Shown here piece by piece: positions 52,709-62,933 of a stretch of DNA of 64,000 nucleotides (position 1 is the first letter of the stretch; each line of letters begins with the position of its first letter). A program made the position numbers and the translations under genes. The DNA lies in assembly GCA_035524375.1 (NCBI GenBank), contig DATKOZ010000033.1, positions 26,842-90,841 of the forward strand, written 5' to 3'. The notes under the pieces are model-generated. The model was given only the letters and a program-made list of their open reading frames with translations. It was not told the DNA's origin and did no database searches. The DNA comes from Candidatus Binataceae bacterium (GTDB lineage Bacteria; Desulfobacterota; Binatia; Binatales; Binataceae).

Positions 52709-53470
52709 TTAAGCCTTCCCCACCGCAGCGATTGCCTCTCCTAATGTGAAGTTCCCCTCATACAGCGCCCGGCCAACGATAACCCCGACTAAGCCATCGC
52801 CGAACCGGTCTGCCAAAGCCTTTATGTCATCCAGGGTAGCTACCCCACCCGAGGCAATTACCGGCAATCCAATCGACTTTGCAATCTGCCCCATTTCCGC
52901 CGCATCGACGCCCGACTGCACCCCATCTCGCGAAATGTCAGTTACCGTCACAGCCGCCACGCCGGCCGTTTTGAACAGTTCCGCGACCTCGGCAATTGAG
53001 AGCTCACTGGTTTCTTTCCAGCCTTTGATTGCCATCTTGCCATCGCGGGCGTCGATCGAACCGATCACCCGGCCCGGCAGATTCATGCAAGCGCGGCGAA
53101 CCAACTCCGGATTAACGATTGCGGCGGTCCCAATCGATACGGAATCGGCGCCAGCAGTCAGGACCGACCGAATCGATTCGATCGTCCGCAGCCCGCCCCC
53201 GACGTCGAGTGAGCATTTCACTGCCGCTCGAATCTTGCGGAGCGTGGGAAGCGCGCGCGGCTCGCCCGCGACGGCGCCATCGAGATCGACGATATGGATT
53301 ACTTCCGCCCCTTCCCCCTCGAAATGGCGCGCGATTTCCGCGGGATCGGCCTCGTAGTCGGTGGCTTGGTTCATGTCACCTTGCATCAGGCGGACGACAC
53401 GAGTGCCTTTCAAATCGATAGCCGGAATAACCGTGAAATGATCGAACACAATCGTCACCTCCTCCATCAT
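52709..53470 (-). CDS. hisA: 1-(5-phosphoribosyl)-5-[(5-phosphoribosylamino)methylideneamino]imidazole-4-carboxamide isomerase
   Basis: VIPAIDLKGTRVVRLMQGD...DLDGA...VGGGLRT...SGGVATLDDI...VIVGRALYEG aligns along the full length with HisA. The true start may be GTG 53449 (GGAGGAGG RBS upstream) rather than ATG 53470. Confidence 0.85.
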   Translation of the reverse strand: MMEEVTIVFDHFTVIPAIDLKGTRVVRLMQGDMNQATDYEADPAEIARHFEGEGAEVIHIVDLDGAVAGEPRALPTLRKIRAAVKCSLDVGGGLRTIESIRSVLTAGADSVSIGTAAIVNPELVRRACMNLPGRVIGSIDARDGKMAIKGWKETSELSIAEVAELFKTAGVAAVTVTDISRDGVQSGVDAAEMGQIAKSIGLPVIASGGVATLDDIKALADRFGDGLVGVIVGRALYEGNFTLGEAIAAVGKA

Positions 53471-53554
53471 CCCGCATCGTTTCGTGCAGGCTGCTGGGAA
53501 CCGGCTTCAGCTCGGAGGTCTAATTCGATGCAAAACCGGTGCTCAACATCCCGC

Positions 53555-54220
53555 TTATGTCAGCGTTCCCTTGGTCGAAGGTACCCCGGAACGCCGGGGC
53601 TCAAGCGCGGTCGCCTGATCCATCGCGCGCGCCAGCGCCTTGAATGCCGCTTCGATTATATGATGGGGATTACGTCCGCTGGCCAGATTAAGATGCAAAT
53701 TCATGCCGGTTTCGTCGGCCAGCGCCTTCATGAAGTCATGAAGCAGTTCGGTCTGAAAGCTCCCCACCCGCTCCTGCGCGATTGGCACATTATACCCCAA
53801 ATACGAGCGCCCGCTCAGATCTACAATCGCCGTGCAGACCGCCTCGTCCAACGGTACGGTCGCCTCGCCAAACCGCCTAATACCCGAGCGATCGCCGAGC
53901 GCCTGCCGGAAAGCCCGGCCAAGCACGATCCCGACGTCCTCGACCGTGTGATGCTCATCGATATGCAGGTCGCCGCGCGCCTCCATCTTGAGGTCGAAAA
54001 ATCCATGGCGGGCAAAGCTGTCCAGCATGTGGTCGAGGAACGGGACTCCCGTATCGATCGTGGAAGCGCCCGAGCCATCGAGCTTAAGGGAGGCTTTTAT
54101 CTGTGTCTCGCGCGTTTTGCGGTCGATTTCGGCCGCCCGGGGCGCCGCCGCCGCAATCGCGGCGACTCGCGCCGGCGCTACGGATCGAGTGCTAGCTTTG
54201 GTCTTACGCCGATTCCGCAT
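53555..54220 (-). CDS. hisB: Imidazoleglycerol-phosphate dehydratase
   Basis: [55 protein letters not shown] are IGPD signatures. The N-terminal ~29 residues are atypical, so the start is uncertain. Confidence 0.8.
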   Translation of the reverse strand: MRNRRKTKASTRSVAPARVAAIAAAAPRAAEIDRKTRETQIKASLKLDGSGASTIDTGVPFLDHMLDSFARHGFFDLKMEARGDLHIDEHHTVEDVGIVLGRAFRQALGDRSGIRRFGEATVPLDEAVCTAIVDLSGRSYLGYNVPIAQERVGSFQTELLHDFMKALADETGMNLHLNLASGRNPHHIIEAAFKALARAMDQATALEPRRSGVPSTKGTLT

Positions 54221-54237
54221 GTCGAACTAATCTCCCC

Positions 54238-55566
54238 TCATCCGCCCCTGCCACCACGCTTGGAATTCCCTGTTACGCTCCGCAACTCAATTGCCCGCGC
54301 ATGCCCCTCGAATCCTTCCATCCGCGCCAGATGCGCAACGCTGGCGCCCAGCGCCGCAATCGCCCCCCGCGATGCCTCGATTATACTCGTTCGCTTAAGG
54401 AAATCGTATGCCCCCAAGGGGGAGGCAAAACGGGCCGTCCCACCCGTCGGCAGGACGTGGTTTGGCCCGGCGAGATAGTCACCCAGCGGGGCAGGGGTAA
54501 GTAAACCCAGAAAGACCGCTCCGGCCGCCTTCACCCTTGGAAGCCATTTCGCCGGCTTGCGGATATCCAATTCCAGGTGTTCCGGCCCGATACGGTTGCT
54601 GAGATCGAACGCTTCTTCCAAGTCGCGCACGACGACCATCGCGCCGCGCCGTGCGATTGCCGCGCCAGCCTGCCGGCCGCGCGGCAGAGTCTTGAGGGCG
54701 CTTTCCAACTCATCAGCTACCCGCGCCGCCAGAGCCGCCGACGGTGTCAGCAAAATTGCAGCCTCATCGCCCGATCCATGCTCGGCCTGGGCTATCAGGT
54801 CAGCTGCAACCCAAGCCGGTTTCGCACTGGTGTCCGCAATCACCAGCACTTCGCTCGGCCCGGCCATCTTGTCGATATCGACAATTCCGTAGACCATCCG
54901 CTTGGCTGCCTGCACGAAGGCATTGCCGGGGCCTACGATTTTATCGACCGGCCGGATTGACTCGGTCCCGTAAGCAAGCGCCGCGATCGATTGCGCTCCG
55001 CCCACGCGATAGACTTCGCTGACTCCGGCGATCGCCGCCGCGGCCAGCACGGCGGGCCGATCCCCACCCGGCACCGGCGGCGACACCATAACTATATCCT
55101 CGACGCCGGCGACCTTGGCGGGAATGGCGTTCATCAGCACCGACGACGGATACGCGCCCATCCCACCGGGCACATAGATGCCGACCCGTTTGATCGGACT
55201 TGCGATTTGCCCCAGCCGCATCCCGGTCCGATCTCGATAGACGAACGATTTCTCCATTGTGCGGCGATGGAAATCGGCGATCCGGCGCGCGGCGAGCTTG
55301 AGTGCGCGGAGGTCCTCCCGCGTGATTTTGCCCATCGCGGCGCGCAAATCGGCGGCCGGGACACGAAGCGTCCTCGGCGTGAGCCGGACATTGTCCAGCT
55401 CGAAGGTGAGATCGATAAGCGCGCGGTCGCCGCGTTTCCGGACCGCTTCCACGATGCGGCTCGCCGCATTATCAACGCCGCTGTCGCGACCGCCGCGACG
55501 CGCCTCCATCGCGGCCATGAACTCGCGGAATTCAGCGCTGTTGGATTTCAGGACCTTGGGCTTCAT
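54238..55566 (-). CDS. hisD: Histidinol dehydrogenase
   Basis: 442 aa; NAD and Zn-binding motifs (IYVPGG, AQAEHGSGDE) and overall HisD-like sequence. Confidence 0.9.
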   Translation of the reverse strand: MKPKVLKSNSAEFREFMAAMEARRGGRDSGVDNAASRIVEAVRKRGDRALIDLTFELDNVRLTPRTLRVPAADLRAAMGKITREDLRALKLAARRIADFHRRTMEKSFVYRDRTGMRLGQIASPIKRVGIYVPGGMGAYPSSVLMNAIPAKVAGVEDIVMVSPPVPGGDRPAVLAAAAIAGVSEVYRVGGAQSIAALAYGTESIRPVDKIVGPGNAFVQAAKRMVYGIVDIDKMAGPSEVLVIADTSAKPAWVAADLIAQAEHGSGDEAAILLTPSAALAARVADELESALKTLPRGRQAGAAIARRGAMVVVRDLEEAFDLSNRIGPEHLELDIRKPAKWLPRVKAAGAVFLGLLTPAPLGDYLAGPNHVLPTGGTARFASPLGAYDFLKRTSIIEASRGAIAALGASVAHLARMEGFEGHARAIELRSVTGNSKRGGRGG

Positions 55567-55688
55567 GCGTCGTCATCCTTTACCGGCTCAGGCGGCAAGT
55601 CAAATCAGCGTCGCTCATGCCGACCGCTTGCGCAACAGAATAGATCTGTCTTATGCGTCTCAAGGTCTGATAGATCTGCGCGGAAGCG

Positions 55689-56810
55689 ATGCTAACCCTG
55701 CTCGAATTGATTGCCGCCGCATCGGTGGCCCTAGCCGCGTATTCGATGATTCGGCGGAATCAGTCGCGCGTCGACCCGGGCCTCGAATTGGCCACTTGGG
55801 ATGCGGTCGCGGACGGACTGCATAATTCGAATACCGATCTGATCTTTTGGCGAGATCGGTTTTACCTCGTCCACGCAGCCTCCCCGTTTCATCTGGGCAG
55901 CAGCCGCTGCAAATTGACGGTGCGCCGCTCAGCCGACGCACGGACTTGGGAGACGGTGGCCGAACTGAACATGCCCGGCGAGGATATCCGCGACCCGAAG
56001 TTCGCGGCGATCGGCGATCGCTTGATTATGTACGCGTTGCCGAACGCCGGCTTGCGCGCGATGCCGTATGGAACTGTCTACTCCGCCACCGACGATGGCG
56101 AGAATTGGTCAAAATTTGAAACTATCGGCCATCCCGGATGGCTTTTCTGGCGGCCGAAAACCAACGACGGACATACTTGGTACGTTCCGGCCTACTGGCA
56201 TCACCACGGTAAATCGAACTTGCTGACCTCGACCGACGGCATCAAATGGACCGTCGTGTCAGAGATCTACAACGGCGAAGGTAACGACGAGACCGATATC
56301 GAGTTTCTGCCCGACGGCCGGGTGCTCGCCACTGCGCGGCTGGAATATACGCCGGACAATCCGATTGGCAATGCGAACGCGTCAACACTGATCGCAGTGG
56401 CGTCGCCGCCGTTCACCGAATGGCATTACGCAAAAAGCCGGGTGACGCGCCTGGATGGACCCGCCCTCTTCCGCTACGACGGGCGCATCTTCGCCGTCGC
56501 CAGGTTCCAGCCCGGCCCGCGCGGATTTTTCACCCGGCTCGGCAGCTCATTCAGCCGCAAGCGCACATCGCTCTTTCTGGTTGAAGAAGACGGCTTGGTA
56601 TACCTTTCCGACCTTCCCAGCGCCGGCGACACTTCGTACGCCGGCGTAGTCGTTCGCGACGGTTACCTCTACGCCAGCTATTACACCAGCGACATCAGCC
56701 GGGATTATCCGTGGGTAATCGGGATGATGCTGCGGTCGGACATTCGAATGGCGAAAATCGGATTGCAGTCGCTCGCACGATTGGCGCCCGCGAGACATCC
56801 CAAGAGTTGA
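55689..56810 (+). CDS. Membrane-anchored BNR/Asp-box repeat protein (sialidase-like beta-propeller)
   Basis: N-terminal TM LLELIAAASVALAAYSMI. Repeated S-x-D-x-G-x-T-W boxes: SADARTW, ATDDGENW, STDGIKW. Confidence 0.55.
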   Translation: MLTLLELIAAASVALAAYSMIRRNQSRVDPGLELATWDAVADGLHNSNTDLIFWRDRFYLVHAASPFHLGSSRCKLTVRRSADARTWETVAELNMPGEDIRDPKFAAIGDRLIMYALPNAGLRAMPYGTVYSATDDGENWSKFETIGHPGWLFWRPKTNDGHTWYVPAYWHHHGKSNLLTSTDGIKWTVVSEIYNGEGNDETDIEFLPDGRVLATARLEYTPDNPIGNANASTLIAVASPPFTEWHYAKSRVTRLDGPALFRYDGRIFAVARFQPGPRGFFTRLGSSFSRKRTSLFLVEEDGLVYLSDLPSAGDTSYAGVVVRDGYLYASYYTSDISRDYPWVIGMMLRSDIRMAKIGLQSLARLAPARHPKS

Positions 56811-56813
56811 GCG

Positions 56814-58079
56814 CTACCCGTTTTCGTCCTTGACGCGCTCGATTCGAGCGCCCAAGGCCGACAATTTCTCGTCGAGTTTTTCGTAGCCGCGATCCAGATG
56901 ATAAACGCGCGATAGCTCGGTGGTGCTTTCGGCGGCCAGCCCCGCCAGGATCAGCCCCATACTGGCGCGCAGGTCGGTCGCCATTACGGGAGCGCCACCC
57001 AGCTTCGACGGTCCGCGCACCACCGCGGTTGGCCCCTTCATGACGATATCCGCGCCCATCCGGATGAGTTCCTGCGCATGCATGAACCGATTCTCAAAAA
57101 TCGTTTCGGTAATCACCGAGGTCCCCGGCGCCTGCGTAAGCAGCGCCATCATTTGCGCCTGCAGGTCGGTCGGAAAACCTGGGTATGGCAGCGTACGCAA
57201 CTCGACCGGACGCAGCTTGCCGTTGGCACGCACCCGCAGGCCGCCGTTCACGGGAGTTACTTCAACGCCTGCCTCCACAAGCTTTGCCATTACAGCATCC
57301 AATCGAGGCGCCGGAGCGTTGGATATTGTGACATCGCCGCCGGTTACCGCCGCCGCGATCATCAGCGATCCCGCCTCGATTCGGTCGGGCGCAACCCGAT
57401 GCTCCGCGCCGTGCAGCCGCTCTACTCCTTCGATTTCGATTACATGCGTTCCGGCACCCGAAATCTTCGCACCCATCGCGTTGAGCATCGCCGCAAGGTC
57501 GACAATCTCCGGCTCGCGCGCCGCATTTTCGATCTGTGTGCGGCCCGCTGCGATCGACGCGGCCATCAAAATGTTTTCAGTTGCGCCGACCGATGGGTTG
57601 TCGAGCCAAATGCGCGCTCCCTTGAGCGGTTGCGCGTGCGCTTCGACATAACCGGCGCGCATCGCAAGCTTAGCCCCCAACGCGCGCATTCCCGTTATGT
57701 GCAGATTCACCGGGCGCGCGCCGATGGCGCATCCGCCGGGAGTCGAGACCCGCGCCCGCCCGGCACGCGCGAGCAAAGGGCCCAGCACCAGGAACGACGC
57801 GCGCATCGTCTTAACCAGCTCATACGGGGCGACATGCGAGCGGATTTCCCGCGTCTGAATTTCAACCGAGTGATCGCCGGACCAATCGGCCTGCGCGCCC
57901 AAGTCGCGCAACAGGCCAAGCGTGGTCGCCACATCGCGCAATCGAGGAACGTTGGTGACCTTAACCGGCTCGTCCGTCAGCAGCGCGGCAATCAGGCACG
58001 GCAGAGCGCTGTTTTTGCTGCCGCTTGCGGCAACCGTTCCCGCCAGAGGAACACCGCCGCGAATGACCATCTTGTCCAT
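56814..58079 (-). CDS. murA: UDP-N-acetylglucosamine 1-carboxyvinyltransferase
   Basis: MDKMVIRGGVPLAGTVAASGSKNSALP..., and the active-site Cys in GCAIGARPVNLHI. Confidence 0.9.
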   Translation of the reverse strand: MDKMVIRGGVPLAGTVAASGSKNSALPCLIAALLTDEPVKVTNVPRLRDVATTLGLLRDLGAQADWSGDHSVEIQTREIRSHVAPYELVKTMRASFLVLGPLLARAGRARVSTPGGCAIGARPVNLHITGMRALGAKLAMRAGYVEAHAQPLKGARIWLDNPSVGATENILMAASIAAGRTQIENAAREPEIVDLAAMLNAMGAKISGAGTHVIEIEGVERLHGAEHRVAPDRIEAGSLMIAAAVTGGDVTISNAPAPRLDAVMAKLVEAGVEVTPVNGGLRVRANGKLRPVELRTLPYPGFPTDLQAQMMALLTQAPGTSVITETIFENRFMHAQELIRMGADIVMKGPTAVVRGPSKLGGAPVMATDLRASMGLILAGLAAESTTELSRVYHLDRGYEKLDEKLSALGARIERVKDENG

Positions 58080-58121
58080 TTAGGGTTATGCCCGACGCGC
58101 GATACTGGTCCTCAAGGACGC

Positions 58122-60323
58122 TCACTTTTTCTTGCCGAAGTTGAACATGTTCCGCAGATCGCCGATCGCGGGACTGTTGGTCGGAACGTATGGTTCTACG
58201 CTTGTACTTACGGGATTCGGCAAATTATCCCGGCTGCGCTTGGAAAGCGGCTTCAGTCCCCAGTTCCATTCGATGAACTTCAGGATCGACACATGGTCGG
58301 AATAGGTGTGATCGACGAAGCCGTACTTGGAGAACGGCGATATTGCGATCATCACGGTGCGCGGACCGTCGCCGAAGAAATCGATCGGCTGAATGTACCC
58401 ACTGTCGTACTCGCCGCCGGATTCATCGAAGGTGACGAGAATCGCCGTTGTGGCCCACAGCTTTGGGTTGCTTTGCACGGTCTGAACGATGTTCTTCGCA
58501 AATGCCTCGAACCGCGCCGGCATCGAGGTTCCTGGATGTCCGTCCGTCAGCTCGCTTGGCTTGACGAATGAAACCGCCGGCAACGTGTTGTGCTGCACGT
58601 CATCGAAGAAGGTGGAAATATCCTGGATGTTATTCCTCAGCGGCGTGGTCATGATCGATTTCGAATACTGAAAGGCGTTGCAGATGGCGCAGTAGAGGCT
58701 ATTACCCGGCTCCGGGTCGCCGGCCTGATCGTACCCATCGCCATAATACTTCCACGATATCTTCCGCTTGGAGAGCGCATCGCCAATGGTCGGTATGGTC
58801 TGCGGGCCGATCGAATAATAAGGTCCAGCCGGGAATTCCTCTTTCTGCGTCGGCGATGTAGCGATCGGGTTCCCCAAATGATCGTAGGCCGGATATTCGT
58901 TATTGATTTGATAGTAGGTGCCGGCCGCGCAATTTCCGCCATTGAAGGGAGAGTACGGCAATTGCCCGAGGTAGTTCCTGATGGGCGCGATTCCGGGCTG
59001 GCTCGTGTCGGAACATTCCGCCGCACCACCAAAGCTTGTGCTTCCGGGGTCCGCGAACGGCAACGTGTCGTTTGTGTAGAAATTGTTCGTCCCGGCGACG
59101 GGGTTGGGATTCGCAATCAGGTCGGATGCGGGCGCGATCGGATTTCCAGAGCCCGACGGATCGGCAAAGTAATAAACGTCGCCGGTAAATATCGCCTGCG
59201 AGTTGGGCCCGGTGCCGCCCATTATCGGCTGATGATAATTATCGTTGAGGGCGTAATTCTCCGCGAATGATTGCAAGATCGGCACCTCGCCCGCGGCCAT
59301 ATTATAAATTCCCATTCCGACCCCGCCCTGATAGGTTCCCTCGTCATCGGTTGGCGGCGGGCATTGCTCGCTGCCGATAGCCGGCTGGCAGGTTCCGGTA
59401 ATTCCCCATCCCTGCGTGATGGCGACCCAGGTGACCAGGTCATGCATGCATCCGCTGGGGTTGGCCGGGGTCGCATTGGCGATATTGCAGTCGGCCTGCT
59501 GCCACATCTGGAAAAATTGATGCGCCGGATCTCCCGTATTGTCAGTGACGGTGGTCGGCGTGGGCGGCGAGTCCGGAGCTCCAAGGGCTTCGAGCAACGG
59601 GCCACAGAAGCCTCCACTGCCCACTATCGGCTGACATTTGGTAGCGTCAAATGGCGGTACGCCTGCGAGCGACGACCAGACTCTGCCCGGATTCACCAGC
59701 GGATACGGCCCATCAGGCAGCAAGAATGGATCGGTTCCTGACCCTTCTGCCTTTGGCCTCAACAGTTCGTACCGGCAATCCACCTGCGGTGAAAGGCATA
59801 GCGGCTCCGTCGGTTCGTACAACGACTGATGGGTTCCGCTCAGCGACAGCAGATACTGATCCTCCGGTGCAAGTCCGATGTCGGTGCAACTCACCGGTCC
59901 CATCGAGAGGCCGAGCGCCAGCGTCAGGCTGGAGAGCAAACATGCCGACGCGGGAAGGCCGTTTAATCCCGTACTTGGTTGAGGCAGGTTTTCGAAAGGG
60001 CCGGTCTGCGTCGGGCTAATCTCGTAGGTGGCCGTATCGGTCGCCTGATTCTGCAAGGACAACGATTCGGTGCCGTTGAAGGTTCCGGGAGGAAATCCGG
60101 TTTCATCAACGATCCCCTCCGAGAGCAGATTCATGACCGTCTGGGTCGGATCGGGCGGCGTGTAAGTTCCAAACAGGTTGTCGAAGCTCCGATTTTCGCC
60201 GACCACCACGATCAGATGCTTGATCGGGCTCCGCGTCGGTGCCGCGAGCGCCATTCCGGCCTGATTAATACCGAAGCAGACCACCAATGCGGCGCTGACC
60301 GCGCGTCGATAACGTTTACGCAT
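58122..60323 (-). CDS. Phosphoesterase-family protein (phospholipase C / AcpA acid phosphatase family), probable Tat signal
   Basis: Signature IKHLIVVVGENRSFDNLFGTY near the N-terminus. Signal MRKRYRRAVSAALVVCFGINQAGMALA with an RR motif. Start chosen at ATG 60323 (RBS spacing); the track start is 60416. Confidence 0.75.
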   Translation of the reverse strand: MRKRYRRAVSAALVVCFGINQAGMALAAPTRSPIKHLIVVVGENRSFDNLFGTYTPPDPTQTVMNLLSEGIVDETGFPPGTFNGTESLSLQNQATDTATYEISPTQTGPFENLPQPSTGLNGLPASACLLSSLTLALGLSMGPVSCTDIGLAPEDQYLLSLSGTHQSLYEPTEPLCLSPQVDCRYELLRPKAEGSGTDPFLLPDGPYPLVNPGRVWSSLAGVPPFDATKCQPIVGSGGFCGPLLEALGAPDSPPTPTTVTDNTGDPAHQFFQMWQQADCNIANATPANPSGCMHDLVTWVAITQGWGITGTCQPAIGSEQCPPPTDDEGTYQGGVGMGIYNMAAGEVPILQSFAENYALNDNYHQPIMGGTGPNSQAIFTGDVYYFADPSGSGNPIAPASDLIANPNPVAGTNNFYTNDTLPFADPGSTSFGGAAECSDTSQPGIAPIRNYLGQLPYSPFNGGNCAAGTYYQINNEYPAYDHLGNPIATSPTQKEEFPAGPYYSIGPQTIPTIGDALSKRKISWKYYGDGYDQAGDPEPGNSLYCAICNAFQYSKSIMTTPLRNNIQDISTFFDDVQHNTLPAVSFVKPSELTDGHPGTSMPARFEAFAKNIVQTVQSNPKLWATTAILVTFDESGGEYDSGYIQPIDFFGDGPRTVMIAISPFSKYGFVDHTYSDHVSILKFIEWNWGLKPLSKRSRDNLPNPVSTSVEPYVPTNSPAIGDLRNMFNFGKKK

Positions 60324-60421
60324 GTTCATCCTCGCCCACCAGGATTTTCCACATCGTAAGACATACCCACCTCGTGAGCAAAGGGTTCTCGACGCGAGGG
60401 GGGATGCCGGCCACAACTTTT

Positions 60422-61279
60422 CTAATCGGTGCGCATCACCAGTGTGCGTGGAAGGCCCGCCAGATCGCTCAACTGCGAGACGGCGGCGAAACCCTCGCGC
60501 GCGAAAATTTTCCGAACCGCCGCGTTTTGAGCTGCTCCGATCTCGACGATCACGGTTCCGCCGGGCTCAAGATGCGTACCCGCCCCGGCCGCGATTCGCC
60601 GATAGCATTCCAGTCCGTCGGACCCGGCGACAGTCGCGATCCGCGGTTCGTAATCCCGCACTTCAGGCTCGAGTGAACCGATCTCGGAGGCTGAGATATA
60701 CGGAGGATTCGATACGATCAGGTCAAATTTGCCGAGCGGATCGAGATCGTCGCGGATCTCAAATAAATCGGCGATTCGCAAATCAACCCGGCTGGAAAGC
60801 CCATGCTTCGCCGCATTGCGGCGGGCGATCTCCAATGCCACAGGCGAGATATCGACGGCAGTCACGCGCGCCGCTGGAGCATGATGTGCAATTGCGATCG
60901 CAATCGCACCCGATCCTGTGCCGATGTCGAGCATGCTAATACTGCCGCGAGTTTCAGCCGCCTTTAGCGCCGCCTCAACGAGTATCTCTGTTTCCGGGCG
61001 CGGAATCAGAACGTCTGGCGTCACGATGAAATCGAGCGAGTAGAACTCCTTGTGGCCGACGATATATGCAAGCGGTTCGCGCGCCGCACGGCGTGCGACA
61101 AATGAATCGAATCGAGCAATTGCTGATTCGTCCGCAATGAAATCCCGCACCAATATCCGTTCGCGTGAGACGCCGGCAGCCGCGACCATCAGCAATGATG
61201 CGTCCAAATCCGCATTTTCGATTCCGGCAGCCGTCAGTTTCCGTGCCGCATCGGCGACGGCGTCCGCCACCCGGCTCAT
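60422..61279 (-). CDS. prmC: Release factor glutamine N5-methyltransferase
   Basis: DLIVSNPPYI signature, SAM-binding DIGTGSGAIAIAIA. Start ATG 61279, one nucleotide after the prfA stop. Confidence 0.8.
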   Translation of the reverse strand: MSRVADAVADAARKLTAAGIENADLDASLLMVAAAGVSRERILVRDFIADESAIARFDSFVARRAAREPLAYIVGHKEFYSLDFIVTPDVLIPRPETEILVEAALKAAETRGSISMLDIGTGSGAIAIAIAHHAPAARVTAVDISPVALEIARRNAAKHGLSSRVDLRIADLFEIRDDLDPLGKFDLIVSNPPYISASEIGSLEPEVRDYEPRIATVAGSDGLECYRRIAAGAGTHLEPGGTVIVEIGAAQNAAVRKIFAREGFAAVSQLSDLAGLPRTLVMRTD

Positions 61280-61280
61280 A

Positions 61281-62348
61281 TCAGGTTGGCAGGTTGAGAG
61301 CTTGCTGCTGATCATAGGCAGCCAGCGCATCGATGACTGGATCGATCTCACCGTCGAGGACCTTGTCCAATTGATGGAGCGTGAGATTCACGCGATGATC
61401 GGTCACGCGCGATTGCGGAAAATTATAGGTGCGGATGCGCTCGGAGCGGTCCCCCGTCCCGATCATTGTGCGGCGCGCATCGGCAATCTTCGCGTGCTGC
61501 TCCGCCTGCGCCTGCTCGAGCAATCGGGCCCGCAAGACCTTTAGGGCGCGCGCCTTGTTCTTGTGCTGCGATTTTTCATCGCGGCAAACGATGACCATCC
61601 CGCTTGGGATGTGCGTGATGCGCACCGCGGAGTCGGTCGTGTTGACGCTCTGGCCGCCGGGGCCCGACGCGCGCATCACGTCGATTCGCAGGTCCTTCTC
61701 CTCATTGATGTTTACTTCGACCTCATCGGCTTCGGGCATCACGGCAACCGTCACCGCGGAGGTATGAATCCGCCCCGACGCTTCCGTCTTCGGCACCCGC
61801 TGCACGCGATGCACCCCGCCCTCATACTTGAGGCGCGAGTAGGCGCCGCGTCCACTGATGTTGGCGATCACTTCCTTGATTCCGCCCAAACCGGTGTCGC
61901 TCATGCTGAGCGGTTCGACCTTCCACCCGTGGCGTTCGGCGTATCGCGTGTACATCCGATATAGGTCACCGGCGAATAGCGACGCTTCCGCGCCGCCGGT
62001 TCCGGCGCGAATTTCCAGGATGACGTTCTTTTCGTCATTGGGATTGCGCGGAGTCATCAGCACCTTCAGCCGCTCTTCGAGGGCGGCTTGCCGTTTGAGC
62101 AACTCCGGCAATTCGGCGCGCGCGAGGTCTTTCAGGTCCTGGTCGGCGCCCTCGGCAAGTGCGCGATGCTCCTTGATTTCATCGGACAGGCGGATGTATT
62201 CGCGGGCGCATTGGACCGTCTCGCTCAATTGCGAGCGTTCCTTGCCGATACGCGCATATTCGCGCTGGTTCGCGATTACGGCCGGATCGCCAAACTTGCG
62301 CTCCAGCTCCGCAAATCGCTCCACTATTGCGTTTGCCTTGTCGAGCAT
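61281..62348 (-). CDS. prfA: Peptide chain release factor 1
   Basis: GGQ motif (SGPGGQSVNTTDSAVRITHIPSG) and the PxT-region typical of RF1. Confidence 0.9.
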   Translation of the reverse strand: MLDKANAIVERFAELERKFGDPAVIANQREYARIGKERSQLSETVQCAREYIRLSDEIKEHRALAEGADQDLKDLARAELPELLKRQAALEERLKVLMTPRNPNDEKNVILEIRAGTGGAEASLFAGDLYRMYTRYAERHGWKVEPLSMSDTGLGGIKEVIANISGRGAYSRLKYEGGVHRVQRVPKTEASGRIHTSAVTVAVMPEADEVEVNINEEKDLRIDVMRASGPGGQSVNTTDSAVRITHIPSGMVIVCRDEKSQHKNKARALKVLRARLLEQAQAEQHAKIADARRTMIGTGDRSERIRTYNFPQSRVTDHRVNLTLHQLDKVLDGEIDPVIDALAAYDQQQALNLPT

Positions 62349-62380
62349 CGCCCCATCACATGCAGCTTTCCGCGTGAAGT

Positions 62381-62416
62381 GAAAACAAAAACGGCGCGGC
62401 CGAAATGGCCGTGCCG
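62381..62416 (-). terminator. Intrinsic terminator for rpmE on the minus strand (stem CCGGCACGGCC / GGCCGCGCCG with 1 mismatch, followed by TTTTTGTTTT)
   Basis: Read directly on the reverse complement of 62381-62416. Confidence 0.6.
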
Positions 62417-62476
62417 GTTATATATCCCCCGCGCACCCGGACGCATCATGCGACACGGGCGGCGGGAGTTGCAATG

Positions 62477-62680
62477 CTACTTCTTGATGCCGTACTTGCG
62501 GTTGAAACGCTCGACGCGGCCGGCGGTATCAACCAAGCGCTGCTGCCCGGTGTAAAACGGATGGCACTTCGAACAAACTTCAACGTGAATCTCTTTCAGC
62601 GTTGAGCGCGTCTCAAAGGTGTTGCCGCAAGCACAGCTAACCATGCAGCGGCGATAATCAGGATGGATTTCAGCTTTCAT
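62477..62680 (-). CDS. rpmE: 50S ribosomal protein L31 (zinc-ribbon C+ form)
   Basis: [47 protein letters not shown] with four Cys. Confidence 0.9.
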   Translation of the reverse strand: MKAEIHPDYRRCMVSCACGNTFETRSTLKEIHVEVCSKCHPFYTGQQRLVDTAGRVERFNRKYGIKK

Positions 62681-62866
62681 TGTCTCTTTCCGGCCATGCG
62701 CACCGATTTTTCAAAAGGATATCATCGGTCCAGCGGCGGTTCAAACCACCTGCCGATGCTGTCTACTAAGATGAATCGGCCCTCGGCCTTCCGTCCTTGC
62801 CGGTTATTTTAACCACGATTTCCGAATTCGCCAGCCCCAACCCTCCGCCATGCGAATCGCCAAGGG

Positions 62867-62872
62867 TATAAT
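62867..62872 (+). promoter_or_regulatory. Perfect TATAAT -10 hexamer upstream of the 62934 gene; GGAGGA RBS at 62922-62927
   Basis: Read directly from the sequence. No convincing -35 element. Confidence 0.35.
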
Positions 62873-62933
62873 GAGAGCCGAAATCGAGGTTAGAATTTCG
62901 CAGGTTCGCCAAATGCGATATGGAGGACGGACG

